Source of the DNA: Clostridia bacterium
GTDB lineage: Bacteria > Bacillota > Limnochordia > DTU080 > RSA5
Direction of reading: 5' to 3'
Length of the DNA: 64,000 nt
Assembly: GCA_002919235.1 (NCBI GenBank)
Contig: PKEX01000037.1
Coordinates: 1 to 64,000 of the forward strand
Shown: positions 1-10,430 of the stretch, piece by piece
Numbering within the stretch: the stretch's first letter is position 1
How the letters are laid out: the number at the start of each line of letters is the position of its first letter
Translations under genes and position numbers: made by a program
The notes under the pieces: generated by a model
Told to the model about the DNA's origin: nothing
Database searches by the model: none
The model's input: only the letters and a program-made list of their open reading frames with translations

Positions 1-330
1 GCAGCCCCGGCCGCGGTCCAGGCCCCGCCGTCCTCCAGCCCCGCGGCAGGGGGACAGGCCGCCGCGAGCGGGGCCGCCTCCCGGCAAGGCCAGGTGGCTG
101 CCACCGTATACCGCGTCCACGTGGGCCACTTCCGCACGCGCGACGAAGCCGTGCGGGTGGCGGACGCCCTGAAGACGGGCACCCCGGCGGTCCCCGACGC
201 TTGGGTGCTCCGGGATGCTGCCACCGGCGAGTACCGGGTGCAGGCGGGGGCTTTCAGCAGCCTCCAGCGGGCCCGGGATTTCGCCGAGCAGCTCATCTCC
301 ATGGGCCACGACGCCTACATCGCCCAGTGA
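1..330 (+). CDS. SPOR-domain protein, 5'-partial (C-terminal SPOR repeat)
   Basis: Frame 1 is open from window position 1 to TGA at 328-330. The C-terminal about 75 aa (VYRVHVGHFRTRDEAVRVADALK...YRVQAGAFSSLQRARDFAEQL) matches the SPOR peptidoglycan-binding repeat pattern. Confidence 0.6.
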   Translation, partial: AAPAAVQAPPSSSPAAGGQAAASGAASRQGQVAATVYRVHVGHFRTRDEAVRVADALKTGTPAVPDAWVLRDAATGEYRVQAGAFSSLQRARDFAEQLISMGHDAYIAQ

Positions 331-404
331 CTCTCCGGCATACTCGCTTCCCAGCAGCCATACGCTTTCCCGCGGGTTTGGGGACCGCGTGGAGGGCACC
401 GGAT

Positions 405-1406
405 GTGAGAAGGTACTGGCGGCGTCGCCGCGCAGAGCGGCGGGTCCCGCTGCGCTGGACCGTCTTTTTGATGATCGCCTCGGGGATTCTGGGCTGGTGG
501 GTGGGGCGGATGCACGCCGTCCCGGAGCGGCCGCCCATCCTGCTCCAGGTGTACCGGCACGATCTCGGCCGCGTGGTCACCATGGACTTGGAGGACTACG
601 TGAAGGGCGTTATCGCCGCCGAGATGCCCACGACGTTTCACATCGAAGCCCTCAAAGCGCAGGCCGTGGCCGCGCGGACGCTGGCTCTGAACCTGCTCAA
701 CCAAGGCCGGCCCCTGCCCGATCATCCCGAGGCGATCATCAGCACCGACCACCGCACGCACCAGGCGTGGCGCTCGCCCGAATCGGCGCGCGAGGAGTGG
801 GGACTCTCCTTTTACTGGCGCTGGGCCAAGATCACCCGGGCGGTCTCCGAGACGCGGGGGCTGGTGATGGTCTACGGCGATGAGATCATCTACCCGGCCT
901 ATCACGCCTCCAGCGGCGGCCGGACTGAGGACTCCGAGAACTACTGGCCGTCGTACGTGCCTTACCTGCGCAGCGTGGACGACCCGTACTCGGCCAACGA
1001 CCGGTACCAGCGGACCGAGACCGTGGTTTCCAAAGCGCACCTGGCCGAAGCCGTCGCCGGTCTGGCCGGCCGGGACGCGCTGCCCGTCAGCGGGGGCGGG
1101 GCGGCAGGCGCCGCAAATCTCACGGTCCAGGTGCTCTCCCGTTTTCCCAGCGGCCGGGTGGAAAGAGTGCGGGTCGGCGAGGCGGTGGTGACCGGAAGGC
1201 AGCTCAGGGAGGCCCTGGGCCTGCGGTCCAACTGGTTCGACGTGGAGGATTTGGGCGATGCCGTCCGCTTCGTCGTGCGGGGCTACGGCCACGGCATCGG
1301 AATGTCTCAATACGGCGCCGACGCGATGGCCCGGGCAGGCTTCGGATTTGACCAGATCTTGACCCACTATTATACTGGGGTGGAGATCGTAAGTTTTTAC
1401 GAATGA
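405..1406 (+). CDS. spoIID: Stage II sporulation protein D (SpoIID lytic transglycosylase family)
   Basis: Strong family resemblance (AEMP, HASSGGRTE, GHGIGMSQYGA motifs). GTG at 405 preceded by GGAGGG (391-396); alternative ATG at 471. The longer listed ORF (201) overlaps the SPOR gene and was rejected. Confidence 0.8.
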   Translation: MRRYWRRRRAERRVPLRWTVFLMIASGILGWWVGRMHAVPERPPILLQVYRHDLGRVVTMDLEDYVKGVIAAEMPTTFHIEALKAQAVAARTLALNLLNQGRPLPDHPEAIISTDHRTHQAWRSPESAREEWGLSFYWRWAKITRAVSETRGLVMVYGDEIIYPAYHASSGGRTEDSENYWPSYVPYLRSVDDPYSANDRYQRTETVVSKAHLAEAVAGLAGRDALPVSGGGAAGAANLTVQVLSRFPSGRVERVRVGEAVVTGRQLREALGLRSNWFDVEDLGDAVRFVVRGYGHGIGMSQYGADAMARAGFGFDQILTHYYTGVEIVSFYE

Positions 1407-2518
1407 GCGCCCGTCTCGCCCTCGCCGTGACGGCGGGCGAAGGAGGCTGGCTGGTTTTGGTCACTCGTGAGGCAGTCCTCAAGGTGCTGGAGTCGGTTCA
1501 CGACCCCGAGCTGAAGCGCAGTTTGGTCCAACTCAACATGGTGGAAGACGTCGAAGTCGAGGGCGGGCGGGTGCGCGTCACCATCGCGCTCACCACCCGC
1601 GGGTGCCCGCTCCAGGACCACATCGCGGCCGACGTAGAGCGAGCGGTGCGGGGCCTTCCCGGCGTCGAGGACGTCGAAGTGCACATGGTGGAGATGTCCA
1701 AGGAGAAGCGGGACCAGCTCTTTGGACAAACCCTCTCGGCGCCCATCGCCGCGGCCGACTCGCGGACCCGCATCATCGGCGTGGCCAGCGGCAAAGGCGG
1801 CGTGGGCAAGTCGACCGTCACCGTAAACCTGGGCGCCGCCCTGCACCGCATGGGTTTCGACGTCGCCATCCTCGACTGCGACATCTACGGCTTCAGCGTC
1901 CCCCGGATGATGGGCATCGAAGGCCGGCGTCCCGTGGTGGTGGACGGGAAGATCATCCCCATCCCGGCCCACGGCATGAAGGTGCTCTCCATGGGCAACT
2001 TCGTCGACGAGAACACGCCGGTGGTCTGGCGCGGGCCGATGCTGGGCAAGATCCTGCGGCAGTTCTTGAACGACGTGGTCTGGGGCGAGCCTGACTTCCT
2101 CCTCCTGGACCTTCCCCCCGGCACCGGCGACATGGCGCTGGACGTGGCCCAGCTCCTGCCCAAGGCGGCGCTGCTGGTGGTGACCACGCCGCAGGTGGTC
2201 GCCTCCAACGTGGCGCTCAGGGCCGCGCAGATGGCGTTCAAGACCAACCAGAAGCTGCTGGGCGTGGTCGAGAACATGTCGGCGTTCGTCTGCCCCTGCT
2301 GCGGCGAGGCGACGCCCATCTTCGGGGAAGGGGGCGGGCGCGCCGTGGCCGAGCAGCTGGGCGTGCCGCTCCTGGGCACCATCCCGCTGACGATGGAAGC
2401 CCGCACCTACGGCGACAAGGGGATTCCCGTCGCCCTGGCCGACGGGTCTCCCGCCCAGGCGGCGTACCTCGCGCTGGCCCAGCGGGTCACCGCGGAGCTG
2501 GGGGTCACCGCGGGCTAG
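1403..2518 (+). CDS. mrp: Mrp/NBP35 (ApbC) Fe-S cluster carrier ATPase with N-terminal DUF59/MIP18 domain
   Basis: GKGGVGKST P-loop, CPxC (CPCCGEA) and N-terminal DUF59-like segment. ATG 1403 overlaps the spoIID stop (ATGA); an alternative TTG at 1457 follows AGGAGG (1441-1446). Confidence 0.8.
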   Translation: MSARLALAVTAGEGGWLVLVTREAVLKVLESVHDPELKRSLVQLNMVEDVEVEGGRVRVTIALTTRGCPLQDHIAADVERAVRGLPGVEDVEVHMVEMSKEKRDQLFGQTLSAPIAAADSRTRIIGVASGKGGVGKSTVTVNLGAALHRMGFDVAILDCDIYGFSVPRMMGIEGRRPVVVDGKIIPIPAHGMKVLSMGNFVDENTPVVWRGPMLGKILRQFLNDVVWGEPDFLLLDLPPGTGDMALDVAQLLPKAALLVVTTPQVVASNVALRAAQMAFKTNQKLLGVVENMSAFVCPCCGEATPIFGEGGGRAVAEQLGVPLLGTIPLTMEARTYGDKGIPVALADGSPAQAAYLALAQRVTAELGVTAG

Positions 2519-2561
2519 AGCCCGGGGACGACAGCATCCAGGCAAGAGTGAACAGAGTGAA

Positions 2562-2597
2562 CACGGGCGGCTCATGGGAGCCGCCCGTGCCGCGTTT
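2562..2597. terminator. Bidirectional intrinsic terminator between convergent mrp and trxB
   Basis: Perfect 12-bp stem cacgggcggctc / gagccgcccgtg with loop atgg, followed by cgcgTTTT on the plus strand and a T-rich tract on the minus strand. Confidence 0.7.
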
Positions 2598-2628
2598 TCA
2601 CGGTCCTCCGGGTGTTTCACGAGGAGCC

Positions 2629-3567
2629 TCACGTGGCGAGGCCCTGCTCGATGAGCCACTTTTCGCAGTCGATGGCGGCCATGCAGCCGGAGGCCGCCGC
2701 CGTGATGGCCTGCCGGTAGAGATAATCCTGGACGTCGCCGGCGACGAAGACCCCGGGCACGCTGGTGCGGGTCCTGTCGTACGCCTTGATGTAGCCCTGC
2801 GGGTCCATTTCCAGCTGGCCCTGGAAGATCTGGGTGTTGGGCGTATGGCCGATGGCGACGAAGAGGCCGTCGCAGGGGAAGTCGCGCTCCTGGCCCGTGA
2901 CCACGTCGCGCAGCCTCACGCCCGTCACTTTCCCCTCCTCCGCGCCGAGGACGTCCACGACCACGGTGTTCCAGATGAAGTCGATCTTGGGGTTGGCGAA
3001 CGCCCGCTCCTGCATCACCTTGGAGGCGCGCAGCTGGTCCCGGCGGTGAACCACCGTCACCGAACTGGCAAACTTGGTGAGGAAAAGGGCCTCCTCCATG
3101 GCCGAGTCGCCCCCGCCTACCACCACCACCTTCCGGTCGCGGAAGAAGAAGCCGTCGCAGGTGGCGCAGGTGGAGACGCCCCGCCCCACCAGGGCTCTCT
3201 CGTTGGGAAGCCCCAGGAGCTTGGCGGAGGCTCCCGTGGCGACGATGAGCGAGTGGGCTTCGTACGTCTCGCCCCGCTCCGTGGTGACGCGGAACGGCCG
3301 CGAGCTGAGATCGCACGAGACGGCGTTGCCGGGGACGTACTCGGCGCCGAACCGCGCCGCTTGCTGGCGCATGTTGTTCATCAGGTCAGGTCCCATGATC
3401 CCTTCGGGAAAGCCGGGGAAGTTCTCCACCAGGGTGGTGAGGGTCAGCTGGCCGCCGGGCTCGTTCCCCTCGATGACCAGCGGCTTGAGGTTGGCGCGCG
3501 CGGCGTACAAGGCGGCGGTGAGTCCCGCCGGCCCGGAACCCAGGATGATGCAGCTGCGTACACTCAC
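2629..3567 (-). CDS. trxB: Thioredoxin-disulfide reductase
   Basis: GSGPAG FAD motif, redox-active CATC, GGGDSA NADPH motif. Start chosen at GTG 3567 (GGAGGT SD 11 nt upstream); the listed ORF extends to 3627 without an SD. Confidence 0.85.
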   Translation of the reverse strand: MSVRSCIILGSGPAGLTAALYAARANLKPLVIEGNEPGGQLTLTTLVENFPGFPEGIMGPDLMNNMRQQAARFGAEYVPGNAVSCDLSSRPFRVTTERGETYEAHSLIVATGASAKLLGLPNERALVGRGVSTCATCDGFFFRDRKVVVVGGGDSAMEEALFLTKFASSVTVVHRRDQLRASKVMQERAFANPKIDFIWNTVVVDVLGAEEGKVTGVRLRDVVTGQERDFPCDGLFVAIGHTPNTQIFQGQLEMDPQGYIKAYDRTRTSVPGVFVAGDVQDYLYRQAITAAASGCMAAIDCEKWLIEQGLAT

Positions 3568-3777
3568 GATCAAAGGACACCTCCGGCGCGATGTTGGACC
3601 TCTCGGGAACGTATTCGCCGGCGGCACCAGCGATCCTGTGCTCCCGCCGGCGCCCTCTCCCGGCCGGTGCCGGCATAAAATATTACGAAACCGAGCGGAT
3701 TACACGGAAGGACACGGGGGGTGGTATGGTGAACCATCCGTCTATAGCGCACCCTGTCACGGAAGGAGGTCGTCACC

Positions 3778-4056
3778 ATGGCGGTCACCATCCGCATCCC
3801 TGCGCTGCTTCGCGCGCTGGTGGGCGACAAGAGCGAGGTGAGCGTCGAGAGCGGCGCGGTGGGCGAGGTCCTCGCCCGGCTGGTCTCCGAGTACCCGGAC
3901 GTGAAGGACCGGCTCTACGATGAAGACGGAAACCTCAGGCGGTTTGTCAACGTTTACGTCAACGGGGAGGACATCCGCGCCCTGGACGGCGAAGCGACCC
4001 AGCTCAAGGACGGCGACGAAGTCGCTATCGTCCCCGCTATTGCCGGGGGGATCTGA
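3778..4056 (+). CDS. MoaD/ThiS/CysO-like ubiquitin-fold sulfur-carrier protein with C-terminal GG plus one extra residue (..AIAGG-I)
   Basis: ATG 3778 with GGAAGGAGG SD. 92 aa, beta-grasp-like, ends VPAIAGGI. The extra residue after GG implies proteolytic maturation. Confidence 0.7.
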   Translation: MAVTIRIPALLRALVGDKSEVSVESGAVGEVLARLVSEYPDVKDRLYDEDGNLRRFVNVYVNGEDIRALDGEATQLKDGDEVAIVPAIAGGI

Positions 4057-4162
4057 CCCCTTCTCGCTCCCTTGGCCGGCGGGGACGGGCCGCGGGCACG
4101 AAGGCGGCCGCACCCCGGTCCGGCCAGGGGCGCCTCCCCGGCGGCTCTGGATCGAGCGCCCC

Positions 4163-4555
4163 GTGCTGGACGCGATGTTCGCCGCCAGCCTGCAGGCGGC
4201 GCCGGCGGAAGCCTGCGGCCTTCTGGGCGGCCGGGACGGCGTCGCGACCAGCCACTACCCGGTGCCCAACGTGGCCCCCGAGCCCACGGAGCGGTTCGTC
4301 ATGGACCCCGCCGGGCAGCGGGAGGCCTTCACGGCCATGGAGCGCCGGGGCGAAGAGCTGGTGGCCATCTACCACTCCCATCCTTCGACGGGGGCGTCGC
4401 CCTCCAAGGCGGATCTGCTTTCCGCACACTACCTGGACGCCTTCTACCTCATCGTCGGCCTGCGGCAGGGCAGGCCCTACCTGCGCGCCTTCCGCATTCA
4501 CCCCCGGACCCGGGCGGCGGTGGAAGTCCGCTGGCTCGCCGTCCGCCCCCGCTGA
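4163..4555 (+). CDS. JAMM/MPN+ (Mov34) metalloprotease, Mec+/QbsD-like
   Basis: JAMM motif E..HSHPSTGASPSKADL (HxHx7Sx2D) and N-terminal EACGLLGG. Start uncertain: GTG 4163 or ATG 4175. The listed ORF start 3920 overlaps the moaD-like gene and was rejected. Confidence 0.65.
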   Translation: MLDAMFAASLQAAPAEACGLLGGRDGVATSHYPVPNVAPEPTERFVMDPAGQREAFTAMERRGEELVAIYHSHPSTGASPSKADLLSAHYLDAFYLIVGLRQGRPYLRAFRIHPRTRAAVEVRWLAVRPR

Positions 4556-4623
4556 GCGCAAAATGAGCCTTGGCCTCGGGCCCCAGCGCGCGTACACTAG
4601 TGAGTGAAACGGAGTCGACAGCC

Positions 4624-5223
4624 ATGCCCCATGGGACAAGCCCTTCGCCGCCAAAGATCGTCTTGGCCTCCGCGTCGCCCAGGCGCCGGGCGCTCTTGAG
4701 CGACCTGGGCCTTTCGTTTGCCGTCGAGCCGGCCCGCTTTGATGAATCGCAGGTGACGGACGGGGATCCCGTCGCGCGGGTGAAAGCCCTGGCCGACGGA
4801 AAAGCCCTGGACGTGGCCGGCCGCCACCCGGACGCTTTGGTCATCGGCGCCGACACCATTGTGGTCATCGACGGCACCATTTTGGGCAAGCCCGAGGACG
4901 AAGAGGATGCCCGGCGCATGCTCAGGCTCTTGTCAGGCCGGACGCACCGGGTGTATACGGGCGTGAGCCTGCGGCACCTGGCCAGCGGCCGGCACGCCCT
5001 GGAGGTGGAAGCGACCGACGTCACCTTCGGGCCCCTCACGGACGAGCAGATCGCCCGGTACGTGGCGACGGGAGAGCCGATGGACAAGGCGGGCGCGTAC
5101 GGGATCCAAGGGTACGGCGCGACGCTGGTCCGGGGCATCCACGGCTGCTACTTCAACGTCGTCGGCCTCCCGCTTTACCGGCTCGCCCGCATGCTGGCGC
5201 TCTTTGGCGTCGAAGTGTTTTAG
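4624..5223 (+). CDS. maf: Maf-like nucleoside triphosphate pyrophosphatase (septum formation protein Maf)
   Basis: IVLASASPRRRALL...GADTIV motifs. ATG 4624 with GGAG 9 nt upstream. Confidence 0.8.
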   Translation: MPHGTSPSPPKIVLASASPRRRALLSDLGLSFAVEPARFDESQVTDGDPVARVKALADGKALDVAGRHPDALVIGADTIVVIDGTILGKPEDEEDARRMLRLLSGRTHRVYTGVSLRHLASGRHALEVEATDVTFGPLTDEQIARYVATGEPMDKAGAYGIQGYGATLVRGIHGCYFNVVGLPLYRLARMLALFGVEVF

Positions 5224-5270
5224 CAATTTCGCGGGTTGAACCGTTCCAAGACAGGGAGGTTGGGCATGGC

Positions 5271-5975
5271 TTGTCGAATCAGTTGAACGATTTGCGGGTC
5301 CTGCCGGGCATCCGGGAGCTCCCCGCGGTGGAAAGACCCAGGGAAAGGCTGGTGCGCTTCGGCGCGGACCGCCTGGAAAACCGGGATCTCCTAGCCCTCC
5401 TGCTCGGCACCGGCACGCGCGAGCTTTCCGCGCTGGGGCTGGCCGACCGCCTGCTCGCTCTCTTCGGATCGTTCGACCGGGTCCTCGGCGCCAGCATCGA
5501 GGAGCTCACGGCCGTCCCGGGCGTGGGAATCGCCAAGGCGGCGCAGATCAAGGCGGCGTACGAGATCGGCCGCCGGCTCCAGGCGCCCAGCCGTCCCGAT
5601 CTGGTGATCCGCAGCGCCTACGACGCCGTCGCGGTGGCGGCGCCCCGCATGCGGGGCCTGGAGCGCGAAGAAGTGTGGGCCCTGCTGCTTGACGTCAAGA
5701 ACCGCCTCATCGGGGTGCACGTCGTCTCGGTCGGGCACCTGAGCGGCGCGCCCGTCCACCCGAGAGAGCTTTTTAAAGAGGCGGTCCGCCGCAGCGCCTT
5801 CGCGGTGATCGTGGTCCACAACCACCCGAGCGGCGATGCGACGCCCAGCGCCGACGACATCGCCCTGACGCGCCGGCTGCGGGACGCCGGCGAGCTCCTC
5901 GGCATCGCGCTGCTGGACCACATCGTGCTGGGCGACGGGACCTTTACCAGTCTCAAAGAATCCGGATACTGGTGA
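5271..5975 (+). CDS. radC: RadC-like JAB-domain protein (UPF0758)
   Basis: HhH N-terminus plus JAB motif [17 protein letters not shown] 5271 after GGGAGG. Confidence 0.8.
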   Translation: MSNQLNDLRVLPGIRELPAVERPRERLVRFGADRLENRDLLALLLGTGTRELSALGLADRLLALFGSFDRVLGASIEELTAVPGVGIAKAAQIKAAYEIGRRLQAPSRPDLVIRSAYDAVAVAAPRMRGLEREEVWALLLDVKNRLIGVHVVSVGHLSGAPVHPRELFKEAVRRSAFAVIVVHNHPSGDATPSADDIALTRRLRDAGELLGIALLDHIVLGDGTFTSLKESGYW

Positions 5976-6021
5976 GCATGGGACGCCTTGCGCGCCGGCT
6001 CATAAGGGAAGGGGACACGAG

Positions 6022-7047
6022 ATGTTTCGAGGATTCTCCCGCGACATGGGCATCGATCTTGGCACCGCCAACACCCTGGTGTTCGTCAAGGGCAAGGGAG
6101 TCATCGTCCAGGAACCGTCGGTCGTCGCGATCGACGCCGAGACCAAAGAGGTGCTGGCCGTCGGGGAAGAAGCCAAGCGCATGGTCGGGAGGACTCCGGG
6201 GAACATCATCGCGGTGCGTCCCCTCAAGGACGGGGTGATCGCCGACTTCGACGTCACCGAGCGGATGCTGCGCCACTTCATCGCCCGGGCCAGCCGGCGG
6301 CGCAGCTTCTTCCGGCCCCGGGTGGTGGTGGCGGTCCCGTCCGGCGTGACTGAGGTGGAAAAGCGGGCGGTGGTCGATGCCACCCGGGCTGCGGGGGCGA
6401 AGGACGCCCGGCTGATCGAAGAGCCCATGGCGGCCGCCATCGGCGTCGGCCTGCCGGTGCAGGAGCCCCGGGGGAACATGATTGTCGACATCGGCGGGGG
6501 CACCACGGAGGTCGCGGTCATCTCCCTGGGCGGGATCGTCTCCCACCGCTCCATCCGCATCGGCGGCGACGAGATGGACGAGGCCATCGTCCAGCACGTG
6601 CGGCGCACGTACAACCTGTTGATCGGCGAGCGGACCGCGGAGGAGATCAAGAAGACCATCGGCACGGCCATCCAAAGCGAAGGAAAGACCATGGAGGTCC
6701 GGGGCCGGGACCTGGTGACGGGGCTGCCCAAGACCGTCGAAATCTCGCAAGAAGAGATCCGGCAGGCGCTCTCCGAGCCGGTCCAGGCCATCGTCGAAGC
6801 GGTCCGCATCACGCTGGAGCGGACCCCGCCCGAGCTCGCGGCGGACATCGTCGAGAAGGGGATTTTCATGGCCGGGGGCGGCTCGCTGCTCCACGGACTG
6901 GACCGGCTCCTGGCCGAGGAGACGGGGATGCCGGTGCACGTGTCGGAGAACGCCCTGAGCGCGGTGGCGGTGGGCACCGGCATCGCCCTGGAGCACTTCG
7001 ACGTGATGCAGCGGGTGCTGGTCAACCCCCGGCGCCTCAACCAGTGA
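6022..7047 (+). CDS. mreB: Rod shape-determining actin-like protein MreB
   Basis: [12 protein letters not shown]-terminus, full-length actin/Hsp70 fold. AGGGGA SD. Confidence 0.9.
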   Translation: MFRGFSRDMGIDLGTANTLVFVKGKGVIVQEPSVVAIDAETKEVLAVGEEAKRMVGRTPGNIIAVRPLKDGVIADFDVTERMLRHFIARASRRRSFFRPRVVVAVPSGVTEVEKRAVVDATRAAGAKDARLIEEPMAAAIGVGLPVQEPRGNMIVDIGGGTTEVAVISLGGIVSHRSIRIGGDEMDEAIVQHVRRTYNLLIGERTAEEIKKTIGTAIQSEGKTMEVRGRDLVTGLPKTVEISQEEIRQALSEPVQAIVEAVRITLERTPPELAADIVEKGIFMAGGGSLLHGLDRLLAEETGMPVHVSENALSAVAVGTGIALEHFDVMQRVLVNPRRLNQ

Positions 7048-7066
7048 GGCCTAAGAGAAGCAGGAC

Positions 7067-7951
7067 GTGGGCGATGTGAAACCGGGCAAGTGGCACGCCC
7101 TGGCGGTGGTCGCGCTCTTCCTCGCGCTCGCGGGCTTGTCGTACGTGACGTCCGACCCCAGGGCGGCGGTGAGCCGTCCTGAGCGCTGGCTGCGGGACGC
7201 GGTGGCACCGGTGCAGGCGGCGCTTTCCGCGGCGGCGCGCTGGGTGGAGGATACGGTGGAGACAGTGGCCTCCGTCGGGCGGCTGCAGGAGGAAAACCGG
7301 GCGCTCCGGGAGGAAGTGGCCCGGCTCCAGGGCCAGTTGAGAGAGCTGGAACAGGTCCGGCGGGAAAACGAGCGGCTGCGGGAGCTGGCCGGCGTCAACC
7401 AGCGGCTCGAGCGGGAGTTCGTCGCCGCCCGGGTGATCGCCCGTTCGCACAGCCAGTGGTTCTCGGCCGTCACCATCAACCGGGGGGCGGTCGACGGCCT
7501 CCGGCCCGGCCTTCCGGTGGTGAACGCCCAAGGCGCGGTGGGCCACGTGGAGAGCGTGACGGCCCGGACTGCCCGGGTGCTGCTCCTCACGGATCTCAAG
7601 AGCGCCGTGGGCGGGATGATCAAGGATTCCGAGATGCCGGTCCTGGTGGAGGGGACAGGAGATCCGGCTGGCCGCGAGGCCCTGGTGCGGCCGCTGGTGG
7701 TGGGGCACAGGCTCGAGCCCGGGGACGAGGTGGTCACGTCCGGCCTCTCGCACATCTTTCCCAAGGGTGTGCCCATCGGCGTCATCGAAGAGGTGCGCGA
7801 CGACGCGCAGGGGCTCAAGCAGCTGGCGGTCCTGCGCCCGCACGTCGATTTCACCCGGCTGGACTGGGTGACGGTGATCCTGGACGGCGAGGACGGCGAG
7901 GTGAGATGGTGGCCCGAGGACGAGGCGGAGGAGGATTCCGCGGAGCAGTGA
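7067..7951 (+). CDS. mreC: Rod shape-determining protein MreC
   Basis: N-terminal TM, coiled-coil region and C-terminal beta domains. Position after mreB. Start is GTG 7067 or GTG 7076. Confidence 0.75.
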   Translation: MGDVKPGKWHALAVVALFLALAGLSYVTSDPRAAVSRPERWLRDAVAPVQAALSAAARWVEDTVETVASVGRLQEENRALREEVARLQGQLRELEQVRRENERLRELAGVNQRLEREFVAARVIARSHSQWFSAVTINRGAVDGLRPGLPVVNAQGAVGHVESVTARTARVLLLTDLKSAVGGMIKDSEMPVLVEGTGDPAGREALVRPLVVGHRLEPGDEVVTSGLSHIFPKGVPIGVIEEVRDDAQGLKQLAVLRPHVDFTRLDWVTVILDGEDGEVRWWPEDEAEEDSAEQ

Positions 7952-8484
7952 CGGCGGCGCGGGCCCGCCGGGGCCTGACGCTGCTGGCTGCCCTCCTCGC
8001 GCTGGCCGTCCAGACCAGCCTTTTCGCCGGGCTGGACCTGGGCGGGATCCGGCCCGACCTGGTCCTGGTGGTGGTGGTCGCGTACGCCCTGGCCAGCGGT
8101 GCGTGGGAAGGGGCGCTGCTGGGCCTTGCGGCCGGCTTTCTGGTCGATCTCTACGGCGGCCGCCTCATCGGAGTGGGCACCCTGGCCAAGGCGGCGGCGG
8201 GCGCGCTGGCAGGGTTTCTGGGAGAGAAAGCCTTCCGGGAGCACGCGTTGGTCCACGCCGCGGCCATCTTCGTTTCCTCGTTGGGTTCGAACGGGGTCTA
8301 CCTGGTCCTGGCGCGGGCCTTCGGGCTCGATTGGCCGCTGGGGTGGGGCATCGGGCGAGTGATCCTCTCCGGGGCGCTCTACGACGCGCTGGCCGGGATC
8401 GTCCTCTACCCGCTCCTCGCCCGGGCGTACCGCGCCGGCAACCGGTTGGACGACAGGATCCTGCCGTCGGCGGAAGGCGGCTAG
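7948..8484 (+). CDS. mreD: Rod shape-determining protein MreD
   Basis: Polytopic membrane protein of about 178 aa. GTG 7948 overlaps the mreC stop (GTGA). The longer listed ORF (7456) is in another frame from mreC and was rejected. Confidence 0.7.
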   Translation: MTAARARRGLTLLAALLALAVQTSLFAGLDLGGIRPDLVLVVVVAYALASGAWEGALLGLAAGFLVDLYGGRLIGVGTLAKAAAGALAGFLGEKAFREHALVHAAAIFVSSLGSNGVYLVLARAFGLDWPLGWGIGRVILSGALYDALAGIVLYPLLARAYRAGNRLDDRILPSAEGG

Positions 8485-8497
8485 GGAGGGGCGCGCG

Positions 8498-10357
8498 GTG
8501 CCTGAGCACGAGCGGCCGGTGCTGAAAGAGCGGGCAAAGCAGTTCGCACTGGTGATCTTCGCCGTCTTCCTGGTCCTCTGGGGGCGGCTCTGGCAGCTCC
8601 AGGTGGTGCGGGGCGACAGCTTCGAGACGCTGGCCGAAGTGAACCGGGTCCGCACGGTGCCGATCCGCGCGCCCAGGGGGGCGATTTACGACGCCCGGGG
8701 CCGGGTGATCGCCGCCAACCGCCTGGCGTTCACGGTGTCGGTGGTCCCGTCGGGCCTGCAGGATCCCGACGGGTCCGTGGTGGCCCGCCTCAGCGAGCTT
8801 CTGGAGATGGAGCCTGGAGAGATCATCGACCTGGTCCGGCGGGGCGGCGAGTACCCGTACACTCCCATCCGGCTCAAGAGGGATGTGCCCATCGAAACGG
8901 CGGTGGCCATCGAGGAGGCCAGGAGCTCTCTCCCGGGCGTCTTGGTGGAAGAGGAATGGGTGAGGGAATACCCTTACGGCCCCTTGGGCGGGCACCTCAT
9001 CGGCTACCTGGGCCTTGCGGATCGCAGCGACCTCCAGGCGGGCTACCGGCCCACGGATTTGGTGGGCAAAGCCGGCTTGGAGCAGGCTTTCGAGCACTTC
9101 CTGCGCGGCGCCGACGGCGAACGGCGGGTCGAGGTGAACGCCCTGAGCCGCCCCACCCGGGAGCTGGAGATCGTACCGCCTCGCCCCGGGATGGACCTCT
9201 ACCTCACCCTGGACCTCGAGTTCCAGCAGGTGGTGGAAGAGGCGCTGAAGCGGGGCCTCGAGCGCATGGCCGCCCAGGCCGAGCACGGGCTGGCCGGCAA
9301 GGGGGCGGCCGTCGTCCTGGACGCCAAGACCGGGGGAATCTTGGCCTTGGCCAGCTTCCCGGCGATCGATCCCGCGCGCCTCACGGGGGAAGACCGCTCT
9401 TCTTACGTGGAGGAATTGAACCAGGATCCCATGAGCCCGTGGCTCAACCGGGCGCTGCGGGCCTTCCCGCCCGGCTCCACCTTCAAGGTGGTGACCGGCA
9501 TCGCGGCGCTTGAGAGCGGCGCGATCGGCCCGGACGAGGTGTACAACGCCGTAGGCTACCACAAGTACGGCAAGCGGGACTGGACGGTGAGGAGCGGGCT
9601 GCCGCCGGCGGGGCCCATCACCATCGTGGAGGCCTTTGGGCGCTCCACCAACGACTTCTTCTGGGAAATCGCCCTCCGGCCGCAGACGGGCGGCATCGAA
9701 GGGATTGCCCGGTGGGCGCAGCGGCTGGGCCTGGGCGGGCCCACCGGCATCGAGCTGGCCGCGGCCGAAATGCACGGGCTCATCCCGACGCCCGAGTGGA
9801 AGCGGCAGGTCTACCGGCAGCCCTGGTACGAGGCGGAGACCATGGACGTCGCCATCGGCCAAGGGTTTCTCCAGGTGACGCCTCTCCAGATGGCCCGCCT
9901 TTACCTGGTGGTGGCCACCGAAGGGCTGCTGCGCCCCGTCCACCTGGTGCATCACGTGGAGGCCCCCGACGGCAGCGTGTCGGTGGACCTCCGGGGGGAC
10001 CAGGGCGAACGGGTGCCGGCCAAGGCCAGCACGTGGCGGGCGTTGAAGGAGGGCCTCCGCCACGTCCTCCAGTGGCCGCGGGGGACCGCCTACTCGGCCT
10101 TCGCGGGAGCGGAGTACGATCCGGCGGGCAAGACGGGAACGGCCCAGACGGAGACGGCGGCGCACGGCTGGTTCGCCGGCTTCGCGCCGGCTCACGACCC
10201 GGAGATCGTCGTCGTGGTCTTCGCCGAGCACGGTGAAAGCGGGGTGGAGGCGGCTCGCGTCGCCCGGGAGATCATGGACTGGTACTTCGATCCCCACCGG
10301 GAGCAGCCGGGGCCCGAGAACGCCCGGAACGGGCAGGAGATCGGCATTTCAGGTTGA
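8498..10357 (+). CDS. mrdA: Penicillin-binding protein 2 (elongasome transpeptidase)
   Basis: N-terminal TM, PBP dimerisation domain, STFK, SxN-like and KTGT motifs. GTG 8498 after GGGAGGGG. Confidence 0.85.
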   Translation: MPEHERPVLKERAKQFALVIFAVFLVLWGRLWQLQVVRGDSFETLAEVNRVRTVPIRAPRGAIYDARGRVIAANRLAFTVSVVPSGLQDPDGSVVARLSELLEMEPGEIIDLVRRGGEYPYTPIRLKRDVPIETAVAIEEARSSLPGVLVEEEWVREYPYGPLGGHLIGYLGLADRSDLQAGYRPTDLVGKAGLEQAFEHFLRGADGERRVEVNALSRPTRELEIVPPRPGMDLYLTLDLEFQQVVEEALKRGLERMAAQAEHGLAGKGAAVVLDAKTGGILALASFPAIDPARLTGEDRSSYVEELNQDPMSPWLNRALRAFPPGSTFKVVTGIAALESGAIGPDEVYNAVGYHKYGKRDWTVRSGLPPAGPITIVEAFGRSTNDFFWEIALRPQTGGIEGIARWAQRLGLGGPTGIELAAAEMHGLIPTPEWKRQVYRQPWYEAETMDVAIGQGFLQVTPLQMARLYLVVATEGLLRPVHLVHHVEAPDGSVSVDLRGDQGERVPAKASTWRALKEGLRHVLQWPRGTAYSAFAGAEYDPAGKTGTAQTETAAHGWFAGFAPAHDPEIVVVVFAEHGESGVEAARVAREIMDWYFDPHREQPGPENARNGQEIGISG

Positions 10358-10430
10358 AAGACAGAACGACTGTGAATGCACGGATGCGCGTGGGTGGGTG
10401 ACGGCGAAGGTGGCGGGGCAAGGCGCAGTG

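Noticed and set aside
201-883. Long N-terminal extension of spoIID and the overlapping 215..883 ORF
   Set aside because: The extension overlaps the SPOR gene in another frame and is Pro/Arg/Gly-rich; the SD-supported GTG 405 gives a normal SpoIID N-terminus.
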